From assembly GCA_002269645.1 (NCBI GenBank), contig NIVC01000403.1, forward strand, positions 1 to 64,000: a stretch of DNA of 64,000 nt, read 5' to 3'. The notes beneath the pieces were generated by a model. That model was given only the letters and a program-made list of their open reading frames with translations, was not told the origin of the DNA and did no database searches. Position numbers and translations under genes: made by a program. This stretch comes from Macrostomum lignano. Taxonomy: Eukaryota. Positions 50,203-62,835 of the stretch are shown here, piece after piece (the first letter of the stretch is position 1; every line of letters starts with the position of its first letter).

Positions 50203-51154
50203 TGACGGCGTGAAGGCCCCCGAGGCCGCCGGCAGCGCACAGCTCGTGAGTCTTCCTGTGCTTGCTGAGGTGGTCGGAGCGCATGAACCGCTTGCCGCAC
50301 TGGCCGCAGGAGAATCGCTTTTCGCCCGTGTGCGTCCGCATGTGGCGCTGCAGCTCGTCGGACCGCGTGAAAGACTTGCCGCAGTAGAACCAGCTGCAGA
50401 CGAACGGCCGGTCGCCCCGGTGCCAGCGGAGATGCGCCTTCAAATGCGAGGTCTTGCCGTAGACTCGGCCGCAGTTGTCAAAGTGGCAGATGTGCACCCG
50501 CCGTTCGCCTGGCTTCAGCTTGAGGCTGAGGTCCATGCAGTTCGGGCACTGGCAGCGGCGGCATCGGCGCTGACCGGCCGCTGCATGGGGTGGCTGCGGC
50601 TGCTGCTTTGGCTGCTTCTGACGCACCGGCTGCTGCTTCTGCTGAGGCGCCTGCGGTGGCTGAGCCGGCTGAGGCTGCTGCGCCGCCGGCACGTTCAGCG
50701 ACCACCAGGCCGCGCCAAGACGCTTCGCCTCTTGGCGCTTCTGCTCATGCTCGACTCCGCCGCCGCGGCAGCTCCTGTCGGACAGAATCGACTCGACAGA
50801 GAAGCTCAGCTTGGCCGGGCTGCCGCCGCCACTGCCGGCGCTGCAGGTCGAGGCCAACCGCTCGATCGATCGGCGCGCTGGCTGTGGATTCGTCGGCCCT
50901 TTCGTCGTCGTCAGTGGTACAGCGGCGGAGGAGGCGGCGGCTACTGAGGCCGCGGACGCCACGGCAGCCGCAGCGGCAGCCGCTGCCGCAGCCATAGCAG
51001 ACATCGGCGAGCCGAGAGATGCAGGCTGAAGCGGCAGCCCCCTCAGATGATGGTGCTGCGGTCCCGGCTGTTGCTGGTGCGGCAGCTGGTACTGCGGGCA
51101 GAACGGCCGGCCGGGCATGAAGAACGGCGGCAGGTAGGCGGCCGCTCCGTGCAT
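50072..51154 (-). CDS. Sp5: Sp5/buttonhead-class Sp transcription factor (3 C2H2 zinc fingers, btd box), 360 aa, single coding exon
   Basis: Btd box [11 protein letters not shown]. ZFs [73 protein letters not shown] and [10 protein letters not shown] favour Sp5 over Sp6-9. Degenerate SP box LASTCS. In-frame upstream TAG. Confidence 0.9.
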
Positions 51155-51299
51155 GATTCTCTCCTCGTTTTGCTACTGCAGCAACTGCACAAAAAAGTTG
51201 ATAGCAGGGGATAAACTGCTGTGTTAGTGGATTCAAAAGGATGGGACAAATTGGTGGATTGGTGGATTAGTGAATTTATAAAGCAGCAGGAGACAGGGG

Positions 51300-51740
51300 G
51301 AGGAGGAGGGTGGGAAGATTTGGGCGGGGGCGACTTTGCCAAAACACGGGTGGGCGGGGTCCGGCAGACTGTGGAGACCAATGGCAGCGGAGGGGCGGCC
51401 CCAGCTTTGCCTATGGTTCATTCCCGCCCCCTCCAATCAGCCGCCCCTGCATCCACAGCCTCGGAGACCCAGCTCCTCCTCCTCATCAGTCAGGCCCCAC
51501 GCCCCAGTTCCCACACCAGGCGCCCCCGAAATGACGCAACTGGAAAAGTTTTGCTGGTCCTTCTGGACAATCCCCGCCGCCTCAAGAGAGAAATGGGATT
51601 ATAAACAAGCTGAGGAATTTGGAATCCCCGCGGGGAACATGAGCACACCGCCACCCACCCCCAGGACCTGTTGCTGCCCTGGATACCCTTGATGGGATAA
51701 TTGGTGGCGCCCAGTCAGCCTTACACCCGCCCACAAACAA
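51300..51740 (-). promoter_or_regulatory. GC-box/CCAAT-rich 5' region of the Sp gene
   Basis: GGGCGG/CCGCCC boxes at 51322, 51352, 51423, 51726, CCACGCCC at 51497, CCAAT at ~51379 and ~51434, just upstream of the ATG. Confidence 0.4.
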
Positions 51741-52219
51741 ATGCGCTGTGAAGTTGGGAGACTGCAGGCTTGTCTTGTTTCGTCGCTATGGCGTCATCAC
51801 TCTGGACCCCCTGTTCTGTCCGAAATCTCTTTTTTTGTCCGCAGGGGGGAGGAGGCAGACCTGGGGGGGGGGAGAAAGGTAGCCTGCCTGACCTTCAGGT
51901 GACAATCGCGACCACCTACCTGGACAGTGTGTGGGGGACGGCAGTTGTCATGGGCAACTTAAATTTTTCGGGACCCACCTGACTCGGGCAACCAGCCTCT
52001 TGTTTTGGTTGCTACCAAATGTTAACAAGATGGATTTAGTTGAACCGTATTTGATTGATTCTGCATTAGAAAGTAAGAGAAACTCAGGGGACAGGGCTCA
52101 TTGTGCTCCCGAATTCTTTGAGACAGCAGTTTCCCTTCCACGTTAAAAGAATCCTTGTGCTCAATTTCGGTTCAGAAATCCCTTTGTGAAAATCAATTTT
52201 GAAGTTCCTATCTTAGACC

Positions 52220-55200
52220 CTCGGACTCTGCCATCTCGGACTCTCCCTCTCTGTCTCTCCCTCTCTGTCTCTCCCTCTCTGACTCTCCTCTCTCTGACTG
52301 TGCCCTCCCTGACTCTCCCTCTCTGTCTCTCCCTCTCTGACTCTCCCTCTCTGACTCTCCCCTCTCTGACTGTGCCCTCTCTGGCTCTCCCTCTCTGGCT
52401 CTCCCTCTCTGGCTCTCCCTCTCTGACTGTGCCCTCTCTGACTCTCCCTCTCTGTCTCTCCCTCTCTGACTCTCCCCTCTCTGTCTCTCCCTCTCTGACT
52501 GTCCCTCTCTGACTCTGTCTCTCTGACTCTCCCCTCTCTGACTGTGCCCTCTATGTCTCTCCCTCTTTGACTCTCCCCTCTCTGGCTCTCCCTCTCTGAC
52601 TGTGCCCTCTCTGACTCTCCCTCTCTGACTGTGCCCTCTCTGACTCTCCCTCTCTGTCTCTGCCTCTCTGACTCTCCCCTCTCTGTCTCTCCCTCTCTGA
52701 CTATCCCTCTGTGTCTCTCCCTCTCTGACTCTCCCCTCTCTGACTGTGCCCTCTCTGACTCTCCGTCTCTGTCTCTCCCTCTCTGGCTCTCCCCTCTCTG
52801 TCTCTCCCTCTCTGACTGTCCCTCTCTGACTCTCCCCTCTCTCACTGTGCCCTCTATGTCTCTCCCTCTTTGACTCTTCCCTCTCTGGCTCTCCCTCTCT
52901 GACTGTACCCTCTCTGTCTCTCCCTCTCTGACTATCCCTCTGTGTCTCTCCCTCTATGTCCCTCCCTCTCTGACTGTGCCCTTTATGTCTCTCCCTCTTT
53001 GACTCTCCCCTCTCTGACTCTCCCTCTCTGACTGTGCCCTCTCTGTCTCTCCCTCTTTGACTCTCCCCTCTCTGGCTCTCCCTCTCTGACTGTGCCCTCT
53101 CTGACTCTCCCTCTCTGACTGTGCCCTCTCTGACTGTCCCTCTCTGACTCTGTCTCTCTGACTCTCCCCTCTCTGACTGTGCCCTCTATGTCTCTCCCTC
53201 TTTGACTCTCCCCTCTCTGGCTCTCCCTCTCTGACTGTGCCCTCTCTGACTCTCCCTCTCTGACTGTGCCCTCTCTGACTCTCCCTCTCTGTCTCTGCCT
53301 CTCTGACTCTCCCCTCTCTGTCTCTCCCTCTCTGACTATCCCTCTGTGTCTCTCCCTCTATGTCCCTCCCTCTCTGACTCTCGCTCTCTGTCTCTGCCTC
53401 TCTGACTCTCCCCTCTCTGTCTCTCCCTCTCTGACTATCCCTCTGTGTCTCTCCCTCTCTGACTCTCCCCTCTCTGACTGTGCCCTCTCTGACTCTCCCT
53501 CTCTGTCTCTCCCTCTCTGGCTCTCCCCTCTCTGTCTCTCCCTCTCTGACTGTCCCTCTCTGACTCTCCCCTCTCTGACTGTGCCCTCTATGTCTCTCCC
53601 TCTTTGACTCTCCCCTCTCTGTCTCTCCCTCTCTGACTATCCCTCTGTGTCTCTCCCTCTATGTCCCTCCCTCTCTGACTCTCGCTCTCTGTCTCTGCCT
53701 CTCTGACTCTCCCCTCTCTGTCTCTCCCTCTCTGACTATCCCTCTGTGTCTCTCCCTCTCTGACTCTCCCCTCTCTGACTGTGCCCTCTCTGACTCTCCC
53801 TCTCTGGCTCTCCCTCTCTGACTCTCCCCTCTCTGTCTCTCCCTCTCTGACTCTCCCTCTCTGGCTCTCCCCTCTCTGTCTCTCCCTCTCTGACTGTCCC
53901 TCTCTGACTCTCCCCTCTCTCACTGTGCCCTCTATGTCTCTCCCTCTTTGACTCTTCCCTCTCTGGCTCTCCCTCTCTGACTGTACCCTCTCTGTCTCTC
54001 CCTCTCTGACTATCCCTCTGTGTCTCTCCCTCTATGTCCCTCCCTCTCTGACTGTGCCCTTTATGTCTCTCCCTCTTTGACTCTCCCCTCTCTGACTCTC
54101 CCTCTCTGACTGTGCCCTCTCTGTCTCTCCCTCTTTGACTCTCCCCTCTCTGGCTCTCCCTCTCTGACTGTGCCCTCTCTGACTCTCCCTCTCTGACTGT
54201 GCCCTCTCTGACTGTCCCTCTCTGACTCTGTCTCTCTGACTCTCCCCTCTCTGACTGTGCCCTCTATGTCTCTCCCTCTTTGACTCTCCCCTCTCTGGCT
54301 CTCCCTCTCTGACTGTGCCCTCTCTGACTCTCCCTCTCTGACTGTGCCCTCTCTGACTCTCCCTCTCTGTCTCTGCCTCTCTGACTCTCCCCTCTCTGTC
54401 TCTCCCTCTCTGACTATCCCTCTGTGTCTCTCCCTCTATGTCCCTCCCTCTCTGACTCTCGCTCTCTGTCTCTGCCTCTCTGACTCTCCCCTCTCTGTCT
54501 CTCCCTCTCTGACTATCCCTCTGTGTCTCTCCCTCTCTGACTCTCCCCTCTCTGACTGTGCCCTCTCTGACTCTCCCTCTCTGTCTCTCCCTCTCTGGCT
54601 CTCCCCTCTCTGTCTCTCCCTCTCTGACTGTCCCTCTCTGACTCTCCCCTCTCTGACTGTGCCCTCTATGTCTCTCCCTCTTTGACTCTCCCCTCTCTGT
54701 CTCTCCCTCTCTGACTATCCCTCTGTGTCTCTCCCTCTATGTCCCTCCCTCTCTGACTCTCGCTCTCTGTCTCTGCCTCTCTGACTCTCCCCTCTCTGTC
54801 TCTCCCTCTCTGACTATCCCTCTGTGTCTCTCCCTCTCTGACTCTCCCCTCTCTGACTGTGCCCTCTCTGACTCTCCCTCTCTGTCTCTCCCTCTCTGAC
54901 TCTCCCCTCTCTGTCTCTCCCTCTCTGACTCTCCCTCTCTGGCTCTCCCTCTCTGACTGTGCCCTCTCTGACTCTCCCCTCTCTGTCTCTCCCTCTCTGA
55001 CTATCCCTGTGTGTCTCTCCCTCTATGTCCCTCCCTCTCTGACTCTGTCTCTCTGACTCTCCCCTCTCTGACTCTCCCTCTCTGACTCTCCCCTCTCTGT
55101 CTCTCCCTCTCTGACTCTCCCTCTCTGGCTCTCCCTCTCTGACTGTGCCCTCTCTGACTCTCCCCTCTCTGTCTCTCCCTCTCTGACTATCCCTGTGTGT

Positions 55201-56245
55201 CTCTCCCTCTATGTCCCTCCCTCTCTGACTCTGTCTCTCTGACTCTCCCCTCTCTGTCTCTCCCTCTCTGTCTCTCCCTCTCTGGCTCTCCCCTCTCTGT
55301 CTCTCCCTCTCTGACTGTCCCTCTCTGACTCTCCCCTCTCTGACTGTGCCCTCTATGTCTCTCCCTCTTTGACTCTCCCCTCTCTGTCTCTCCCTCTCTG
55401 ACTATCCCTCTGTGTCTCTCCCTCTATGTCCCTCCCTCTCTGACTCTCGCTCTCTGTCTCTGCCTCTCTGACTCTCCCCTCTCTGACTCTCCCCTCTCTG
55501 TCTCTCCCTCTCTGACTATCCCTGTGTGTCTCTCCCTCTATGTCCCTCCCTCTCTGACTCTGTCTCTCTGACTCTCCCCTCTCTGTCTCTCCCTCTCTGT
55601 CTTTCCCTCTCCGACTCTCCCCTCTCTGACTGTACCCTCTCTGTCTCTCCCTCTCTGTCTCTCCCTCTCCGACTCTCCCTCTCTGACTGTGCCCTCTCTG
55701 ACTCTCCCTCTCTGACTCTGTCTCTCTGACTCTCCCCTCTCTGACTCTCCCTCTCTGACTCTCCCCTCTCTGTCTCTCCCTCTCTGACTCTCCCTCTCTG
55801 GCTCTCCCTCTCTGACTGTGCCCTCTCTGACTCTCCCCTCTCTGTCTCTCCCTCTCTGACTATCCCTGTGTGTCTCTCCCTCTATGTCCCTCCCTCTCTG
55901 ACTCTGTCTCTCTGACTCTCCCCTCTCTGTCTCTCCGACTCTGTCTTTCCCTCTCCGACTCTCCCCTCTCTGACTGTACCCTCTCTGTCTCTCCCTCTCT
56001 GTCTCTCCCTCTCCGACTCTCCCTCTCTGACTGTGCCCTCTCTGACTCTCCCTCTCTGACTCTGTCTCTCTGACTCTCCCCTCTCTGACTCTCCCTCTCT
56101 GACTTTCCCTCTCTGACTGCACCCTCTCTGACTCCACCACTCTGACTCTGTACCCTCTATCTCTATACCTCTCTCTCTCATCTGACTACCCTCTCCCCGT
56201 TCTCTCGCTGACCCTACCATCTCTCATTCTCCCTCTCCACCTCTC
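52220..56245. repeat. 4-kb CT-rich complex satellite with 1078-bp and 344-bp higher-order duplications
   Basis: Units such as CTCTCTGACTCTCCC. Identical ORF translations at 53266/54344 and near-identical ones at 55526/55870. Confidence 0.93.
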
Positions 56246-57274
56246 TCTGAAGTCTACATCCGCTCGTAACGGAAAGAAGGTTGCCTCAACTGTGGATAAA
56301 ATCAGTTTTTTACAACAAAAGCCTTATACAGTCAGTACGTATAGCAACTAAATTTAGAATCAGTTTATGATGGGGGTTGAGGAGAATTGTACACCGCGAC
56401 ACACTGTTCCCTTCCAATATACGATGCTGTTTAGTTTTAGCCATATAGTGACAAAACTAAACCGTTTATGCGCATTTGTTTATGCATTCATTAGAATAGG
56501 AAAGGTGTTGTACACACAAACTTGTGCATGGAAATTTCCCTCTTCGCGCCTGGTCAAAGGGGTGTCGAAATGTGTCTGCCTCTTTTTGCCTAGCAACCCG
56601 GAGCACATGTGTGTGTAGTGTAAACAGTGAATAGTTTTGGGCTTGGGATACAAAAATCACTTTTATAGGACCTGCAGGCCGCTGCAGGGGGGGGGGCGGT
56701 GAGAGGGAGAGATTTCCTGTTGGGAGGCAATTAGAAAATGTGAGAAGGGCCACCCACACTGGACACACACACAGGCTGGCCCAGCAACAAGTTGTGAAGG
56801 CATTTTATGCATAGGAAAGGAAACGCAACACCTCCCAGTCCTTGTTTTCGCATGGATTGGCTGTCTATGGCACAGGCTGTGGCTCCGTGCGCTGCATGGA
56901 CCAGCGCGCACTGATAAATATATAGAAGCGCAAATGACCATCAGCCAAGTTTAGGTGGATTCCGTCATGGACCCGATTGCGCAAGCTTTGCGCAAGCTTT
57001 GCCATGTTTGGTGACTGTATATAGCTGGTTCGATTACAGTTTGAAGGCTGTCAAAACTTGGGTTGTTGGATAATGTCTCTATGTGTGTGTAGCAAACCAA
57101 AGGCTTAGCAACCATGAAAGTCAAAAGTTCCCGGCCGCGTTTCCGGTTTCCCAACTTCCGCCATAGATTGTCATGTAGTTGGACTGCCCATGCAGGGATT
57201 TCAATTGAAGGGGCACAAACCTAAGGGGCGCCAATATTTGACATGTGGGCGCCACTGTCTCTTGGTGAGCTCCC

Positions 57275-57590
57275 TGTCTCTTGGTCACTCTCTTACCCCC
57301 AATATCACTCTCTTTACTCCTAATGTCACTCTCTTACTCCCAATGTCTTTATCTTACTTACTACCAATGTCACTCTCTTACTACCAGTGTCACTCTCTTA
57401 CTCCCAATTTCACTCTTACTCTCCATGACACTCTCTTACTACCAATGTCACTCTCTTACTCTCAGAGTGTCACTCTCTTACTACTAATGTCACTCTCTTA
57501 CTCTCCATGACACTCTCTTACTCCCAAACTAAATATAATAAATCTCTAAAGATTTGTATCACTCTCTTACTCTCCATGTCACTATCTGCT
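57275..57590. repeat. Degenerate ~20-bp repeat (TCACTCTCTTACTCC.AATG)
   Basis: Direct reading. Confidence 0.85.
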
Positions 57591-58563
57591 CAAAACTATA
57601 TGTAACTACGGATCACTATAGTTTGTTATTCTGAGATAAAAACTTAGCCATATGTATATAAAAAGCTATATTGAACTTGTTTACCAACTGACCTGGATGC
57701 AATATCAAGAAAGAAATTATGGTGTCGACTATAAATGATTGCTTGAATTTTCTCACCCATATAGAACTCGGACTCAGGAATTTAGCTCATTCACACTAAA
57801 TAAGTAACCATTTGTTTTAATTAACCTTTTCGTTTTCTTATTAAACCTATATTTGTCTGCTATAATTCCGAAATGACAATCGACAACATAAAACTTGTTC
57901 TGCAGTTCTCACAATGCATTTTTAACACTGAATTAATCTTGCGAGATGTACCTGGCACACCTGGGCAGCCAATACTTGAGTGAGGCCGAGATAGTCGAAG
58001 AGAATAAAAAGTAAGACAGAGATTTCGTACATCAAAAAACGCCGATAAAGGCGGGCCATACGAAGCGAGTTGTAAAAAATGCCCTGTATGGAGGCTGTAG
58101 TTACAATACAGGCATATAATGCACCTGCAGTGCCTCCCAGCCATATACGAGTTGCAAAAGCGAGAGGTGTATAAATAAGTTCTACCGCGGCCACGCCTTC
58201 CCCTAACTATTGGCAGTTTCTCCCTTGGAGGCTTCATGCTGCTCTTCTAAAACTTTTCTCGCGCGGATTCTTTTACAATTTCATGCGCGCATAGTGCAGG
58301 ATGGCGGCGGAACACTAAAAATTGGGATAATAGAAACTGCGGAATGGCTTTAGGGTTGCCTTCATGTATGCCCCTCCCCTAGGGTCATATATGTAATAAA
58401 AATATATAATTGCGCGTTAATGATATGCAGTAAGCTTTTGCCGCACGTGGGAATAAACTGATCTAATCTGTACAGCACTCAACTTCGACTTACATTCTGA
58501 GTCTTTCAAAGTCTTTAGAAACTCGTCTTATTATCTAAAAATGATTTCTAACACCACATTTGT

Positions 58564-59721
58564 TGATCTAGTCTCTGTGATCTAGTCTCTGTGATCTAGT
58601 CTCTGTGATCTAGTCTCTGTGATCTAGTCTCTGTGATCTAGTCTCTGTGATCTAGTCTCTGTGATCTAGTCTCTGTGATCTAGTCTCTGTGATCTAGTCT
58701 CTGTGATCTAGTCTCTGTGATCTAGTCTCTGTGATCTAGTCTCTGTGATCTAGTCTCTGTGATCTAGTCTCTGTGATCTAGTCTCTGTGATCTAGTCTCT
58801 GTGATCTAGTCTCTGTGATCTAGTCTCTGTGATCTAGTCTCTGTGATCTAGTCTCTGTGATCTAGTCTCTGTGATCTAGTCTCTGTGATCTAGTCTCTGT
58901 GATCTAGTCTCTGTGATCTAGTCTCTGTGATCTAGTCTCTGTGATCTAGTCTCTGTGATCTAGTCTCTGTGATCTAGTCTCTGTGATCTAGTCTCTGTGA
59001 TCTAGTCTCTGTGATCTAGTCTCTGTGATCTAGTCTCTGTGATCTAGTCTCTGTGATCTAGTCTCTGTGATCTAGTCTCTGTGATCTAGTCTCTGTGATC
59101 TAGTCTCTGTGATCTAGTCTCTGTGATCTAGTCTCTGTGATCTAGTCTCTGTGATCTAGTCTCTGTGATCTAGTCTCTGTGATCTAGTCTCTGTGATCTA
59201 GTCTCTGTGATCTAGTCTCTGTGATCTAGTCTCTGTGATCTAGTCTCTGTGATCTAGTCTCTGTGATCTAGTCTCTGTGATCTAGTCTCTGTGATCTAGT
59301 CTCTGTGATCTAGTCTCTGTGATCTAGTCTCTGTGATCTAGTCTCTGTGATCTAGTCTCTGTGATCTAGTCTCTGTGATCTAGTCTCCGTGATCTAGTCT
59401 CTGTGATCTAGTCTCTGTGATCTAGTCTCTGTGATCTAGTCTCTGTGATCTAGTCTCTGTGATCTAGTCTCTGTGATCTAGTCTCTGTGATCTAGTCTCT
59501 GTGATCTAGTCTCTGTGATCTAGTCTCTGTGATCTAGTCTCTGTGATCTAGTCTCTGTGATCTAGTCTCCGTGATCTAGTCTCTGTGATCTAGTCTCTGT
59601 GATCTAGTCTCTGTGATCTAGTCTCTGTGATCTAGTCTCTGTGATCTAGTCTCTGTGATCTAGTCTCTGTGATCTAGTCTCTGTGATCTAGTCTCTGTGA
59701 TCTAGTCTCTGTGATCTAGTC
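58564..59721. repeat. 14-bp near-perfect satellite (GATCTAGTCTCTGT)
   Basis: About 83 copies with only two visible variants. Continues for ~2 units after the transposon at 60887. Confidence 0.98.
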
Positions 59722-60886
59722 GGGGTGCTTTCACAAGGTCGAAATTTCACAAGGTCGAAATTTCACAACATCGAAAACTCTAGCAGAAGACTTCATAAGG
59801 TCGAAATTTCACAAGGTCGAAATTTCACAACATCGAAAACTTGAAAAGCAGCCACTTTCATAAGGTCGAAATTTCACAAGGTCGAAATTTCACAACATCG
59901 AAAACTTTAGCAAGAGACTTCATAAGGTCGAAATTTCACAAGGTCGAAATTTCACAACATCGAAAACTCGAAAAGCAGCCACTTTCATAAGGTCGAAATT
60001 TCACAACATCGAAAACTCTAGCAGAAGACTTAATAATTGTAAGTCTTCGAGGCTTTTCTATATTCTATTGTTGTTTAGTAGGCCTATATATGTTGTAGGT
60101 GTTTTTCTGTTTGTCACTTAGTCTAATTTATCCTAACCAGTCATTGCCAAAGTTATAGGGCTTTTTTCTCTTTTCAAAGTTTTTCTCTTTTCCCCTAAAT
60201 TTATCCTACTTCTGATACCAAATTTTAGGTGCTTTTTACTGCTCTAATTCCAAAATGCTTCCCAACTATATAGCTAAACTTACAGCTTATGTAAACTAAC
60301 CCATCGTCCCAGTAGTGATAAGATACTTAGCAGAGCACTCAGCACTCCTTGACGTTGAACTACTTAAAGAAGAGGTGATTAAAAACTTCTCTGAACCAAA
60401 GCTATTAAAACAAAAAATAATAATATAAACATTGACAAAATAAAGACTTTAGTTTTCTACATTGTAAAATTTTGATCTTGTCATACTTGAGGCTGCTAAA
60501 TTCTCAGTTTTTACATTGTAAAATTTCGATCTTATGAAAGTGGCTGCTATTTGAGTTTTCGACCTTGTGAAATTTCGACCTTGTGAAATTTCGACCTTAT
60601 GAAGTCTTCTGCTAGAGTTTTCGATGTTGTGAAATTTCGACCTTATGAAGTCTCTTGCTAAAGTTTTCGATGTTGTGAAATTTCGACCTTGTGAAATTTC
60701 GACCTTGTGAAGTCTCTTGCTAAAGTTTTCGATGTTGTGAAATTTCGACCTTGTGAAATTTCGACCTTATGAAAGTGGCTGCTTTTCGAGTTTTCGATGT
60801 TATGAAATTTCGACCTTGTGAAATTTCGACCTTATGAAAGAGGGTGCTTTCGACGTTGTGAAATTTCGAGTTTGTGAAACCCCCCC
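59722..60886. mobile_element. 1165-bp foldback DNA transposon with internally repetitive arms, GG termini and 8-bp TSD (Merlin- or Mutator-like)
   Basis: ATCTAGTC duplicated at 59714-59721 and 60887-60894. Arms of ~300-350 bp built from TTTCACAAGGTCGAAA units in inverted orientation. AT-rich centre. Confidence 0.85.
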
Positions 60887-62074
60887 ATCTAGTCTCTGTG
60901 ATCTAGTCTCTGTGATCTAGTGTCTAAAATCTAGTCTCTGACTGTCAGCACTACACAGCTTTCAATATTTTTTATTTTATCTCTATCCGCCTGATCTAGT
61001 CTCTAACCACCTGACTTGGTCTCTATCATCCTGATCCAGTCTCTATCATCCTGATCTAGTTTCTATCATCCTGATCCAGTCTCTATAATCCTGATCTAGT
61101 CTATATCGGCCTGATCACTTATAGGATGACTTGAAATCATTTCAAAAAGCAGATTTATTGCTAGTCGACTTACCAACTCAAATAAATCCTATAAAACCTT
61201 TTGGAAACCAGAAGGTTCAATCAGTGGCAAAAATAGCAATCGCTGAATATGTATGAATATGATGAGTCGATTAATAATGACAGGTCTTGTCCGCCAGACG
61301 GAGTGACAGATCCGCTAGAAAAAAATTGAACTGCGCTGCTAAAAAGCAGACAGACACGGCGGCGGAGCTTTCAAGTTCAACCCACCGCCCCACCAAAGAA
61401 CCCAACCCCTCGCCTCCACCACCCCTGTTTCCCAATGGCTTGAGGTTCTGGCCAGTTCGGGGCGTGGCCCAAAATGTATTATAAAACTTCCAATAGGCCC
61501 AAGCCAAGCTGGGGTTGCCAGCCCAGCCTGGACCAGTTGGAGAAGGCCGGGCCTATTGTGCGGGCGACCCCCCTCTGTCCCCTGTCATGGACCCCCCAAT
61601 GCCCCACCCCCTCTTCGTCTCAAGAGCAGAGAAAAACGGGTTTAGTGGGTGGGTCGGTAAAGGGGGGGGCTTACGGCGCCTTTGATGTTTGCCGCTAAAA
61701 TGAAAGCCCCGATGGCGGCTGCAGCCTTGCCCAGTCTGCTTTTGCACTGGCTGCTGCCAGGGGCGAACACACCTTGCCTCTGGGACTTGAAGAGGAAGAG
61801 GAGGGAAAGAGGAAGAGGCACTGCAGCCATTGCAGCCATAATGCTTTCAGAAGAATCTGCACAGAGCACACACGCGCAGTCTCATCCTTTCCGCAACGTG
61901 AAATCCAGTCGAACTTGGCTTTGATTGTTCAAACATTATATTAGTATAACAGCCTGTTTGGTCTGTCTAGCTAGATAAAAAATCTGGTTAGAATCACCGA
62001 TATTTTGCTTGAATAAACTCGGTGAACGAGCGAACCAAGCTAAAGCTGCTCGTATTTTATCGGACCTTTTAGTC

Positions 62075-62835
62075 CTATCATCCTGATCTAGTCTCTATCA
62101 TCCTGATCTAGTCTCTATCATCCTGATCTAGTCTCTATCATCCTGATCTAGTCTCTATCATCCTGATCTAGTCTGTATCATCCTGATCTAGTCTCTATCA
62201 TCCTGATCTAGTCTGTATCATCCTGATCTAGTCTCTATCATCCTGATCTAGTCTCTATCATCCTGATCTAGTCTCTATCATCCTGATCTAGTCTGTATCA
62301 TCCTGATCTAGTCTCTATCATCCTGATCTAGTCTCTATCATCCTGATCTAGTCTCTATCATCCTGATCTAGTCTCTATCATCCTGATCTAGTCTCTATCA
62401 TCCTGATCTAGTCTCTATCATCCTGATCTAGTCTCTATCATCCTGATCTAGTCTCTATCATCCTGATCTAGTCTCTATCATCCCGATCTAGTCTCTATCA
62501 TCCTGATCTAGTCTCTATCTTCCTGATCTAGTCTCTATCATCCTGATCTAGTCTCTATCATCCTGATCTAGTCTCTATCATCCTGATCTAGTCTCTATCA
62601 TCCTGATCTAGTCTGTATCATCCTGATCTAGTCTCTATCATCCTGATCTAGTCTCTATCATCCTGATCTAGTCTGTATCATCCTGATCTAGTCTCTATCA
62701 TCCTGATCTAGTCTGTATCATCCTGATCCAGTCTCTATCATCCTGATCTAGTCTCTATCATCCTGATCTAGTCTCTATCATCCTGATCTAGTCTCTATCA
62801 TCCTGATCTAGTCTCTATCATCCTGATCTAGTCTT
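62075..62835. repeat. 20-bp satellite (TCCTGATCTAGTCTCTATCA)
   Basis: About 38 copies. A short degenerate sibling lies at 60985-61110. Confidence 0.97.

Noticed and set aside
50075-51692. Overlapping alternative-frame and antisense ORFs around Sp5
   Set aside because: These are shadows of a GC-rich coding exon and promoter, with no recognisable domains.
51154-52220. Expected TCF/LEF site cluster upstream of Sp5 (a Wnt target in other animals)
   Set aside because: I found no convincing CTTTGWW cluster in the proximal 1 kb. Isolated sites elsewhere (e.g. ~30420, ~48200, ~61680) are at chance frequency.
57860-58237. 125-aa minus ORF and the 61642-61924 ORFs
   Set aside because: No recognisable motif, no splice-consistent partner exons and no codon bias evident.
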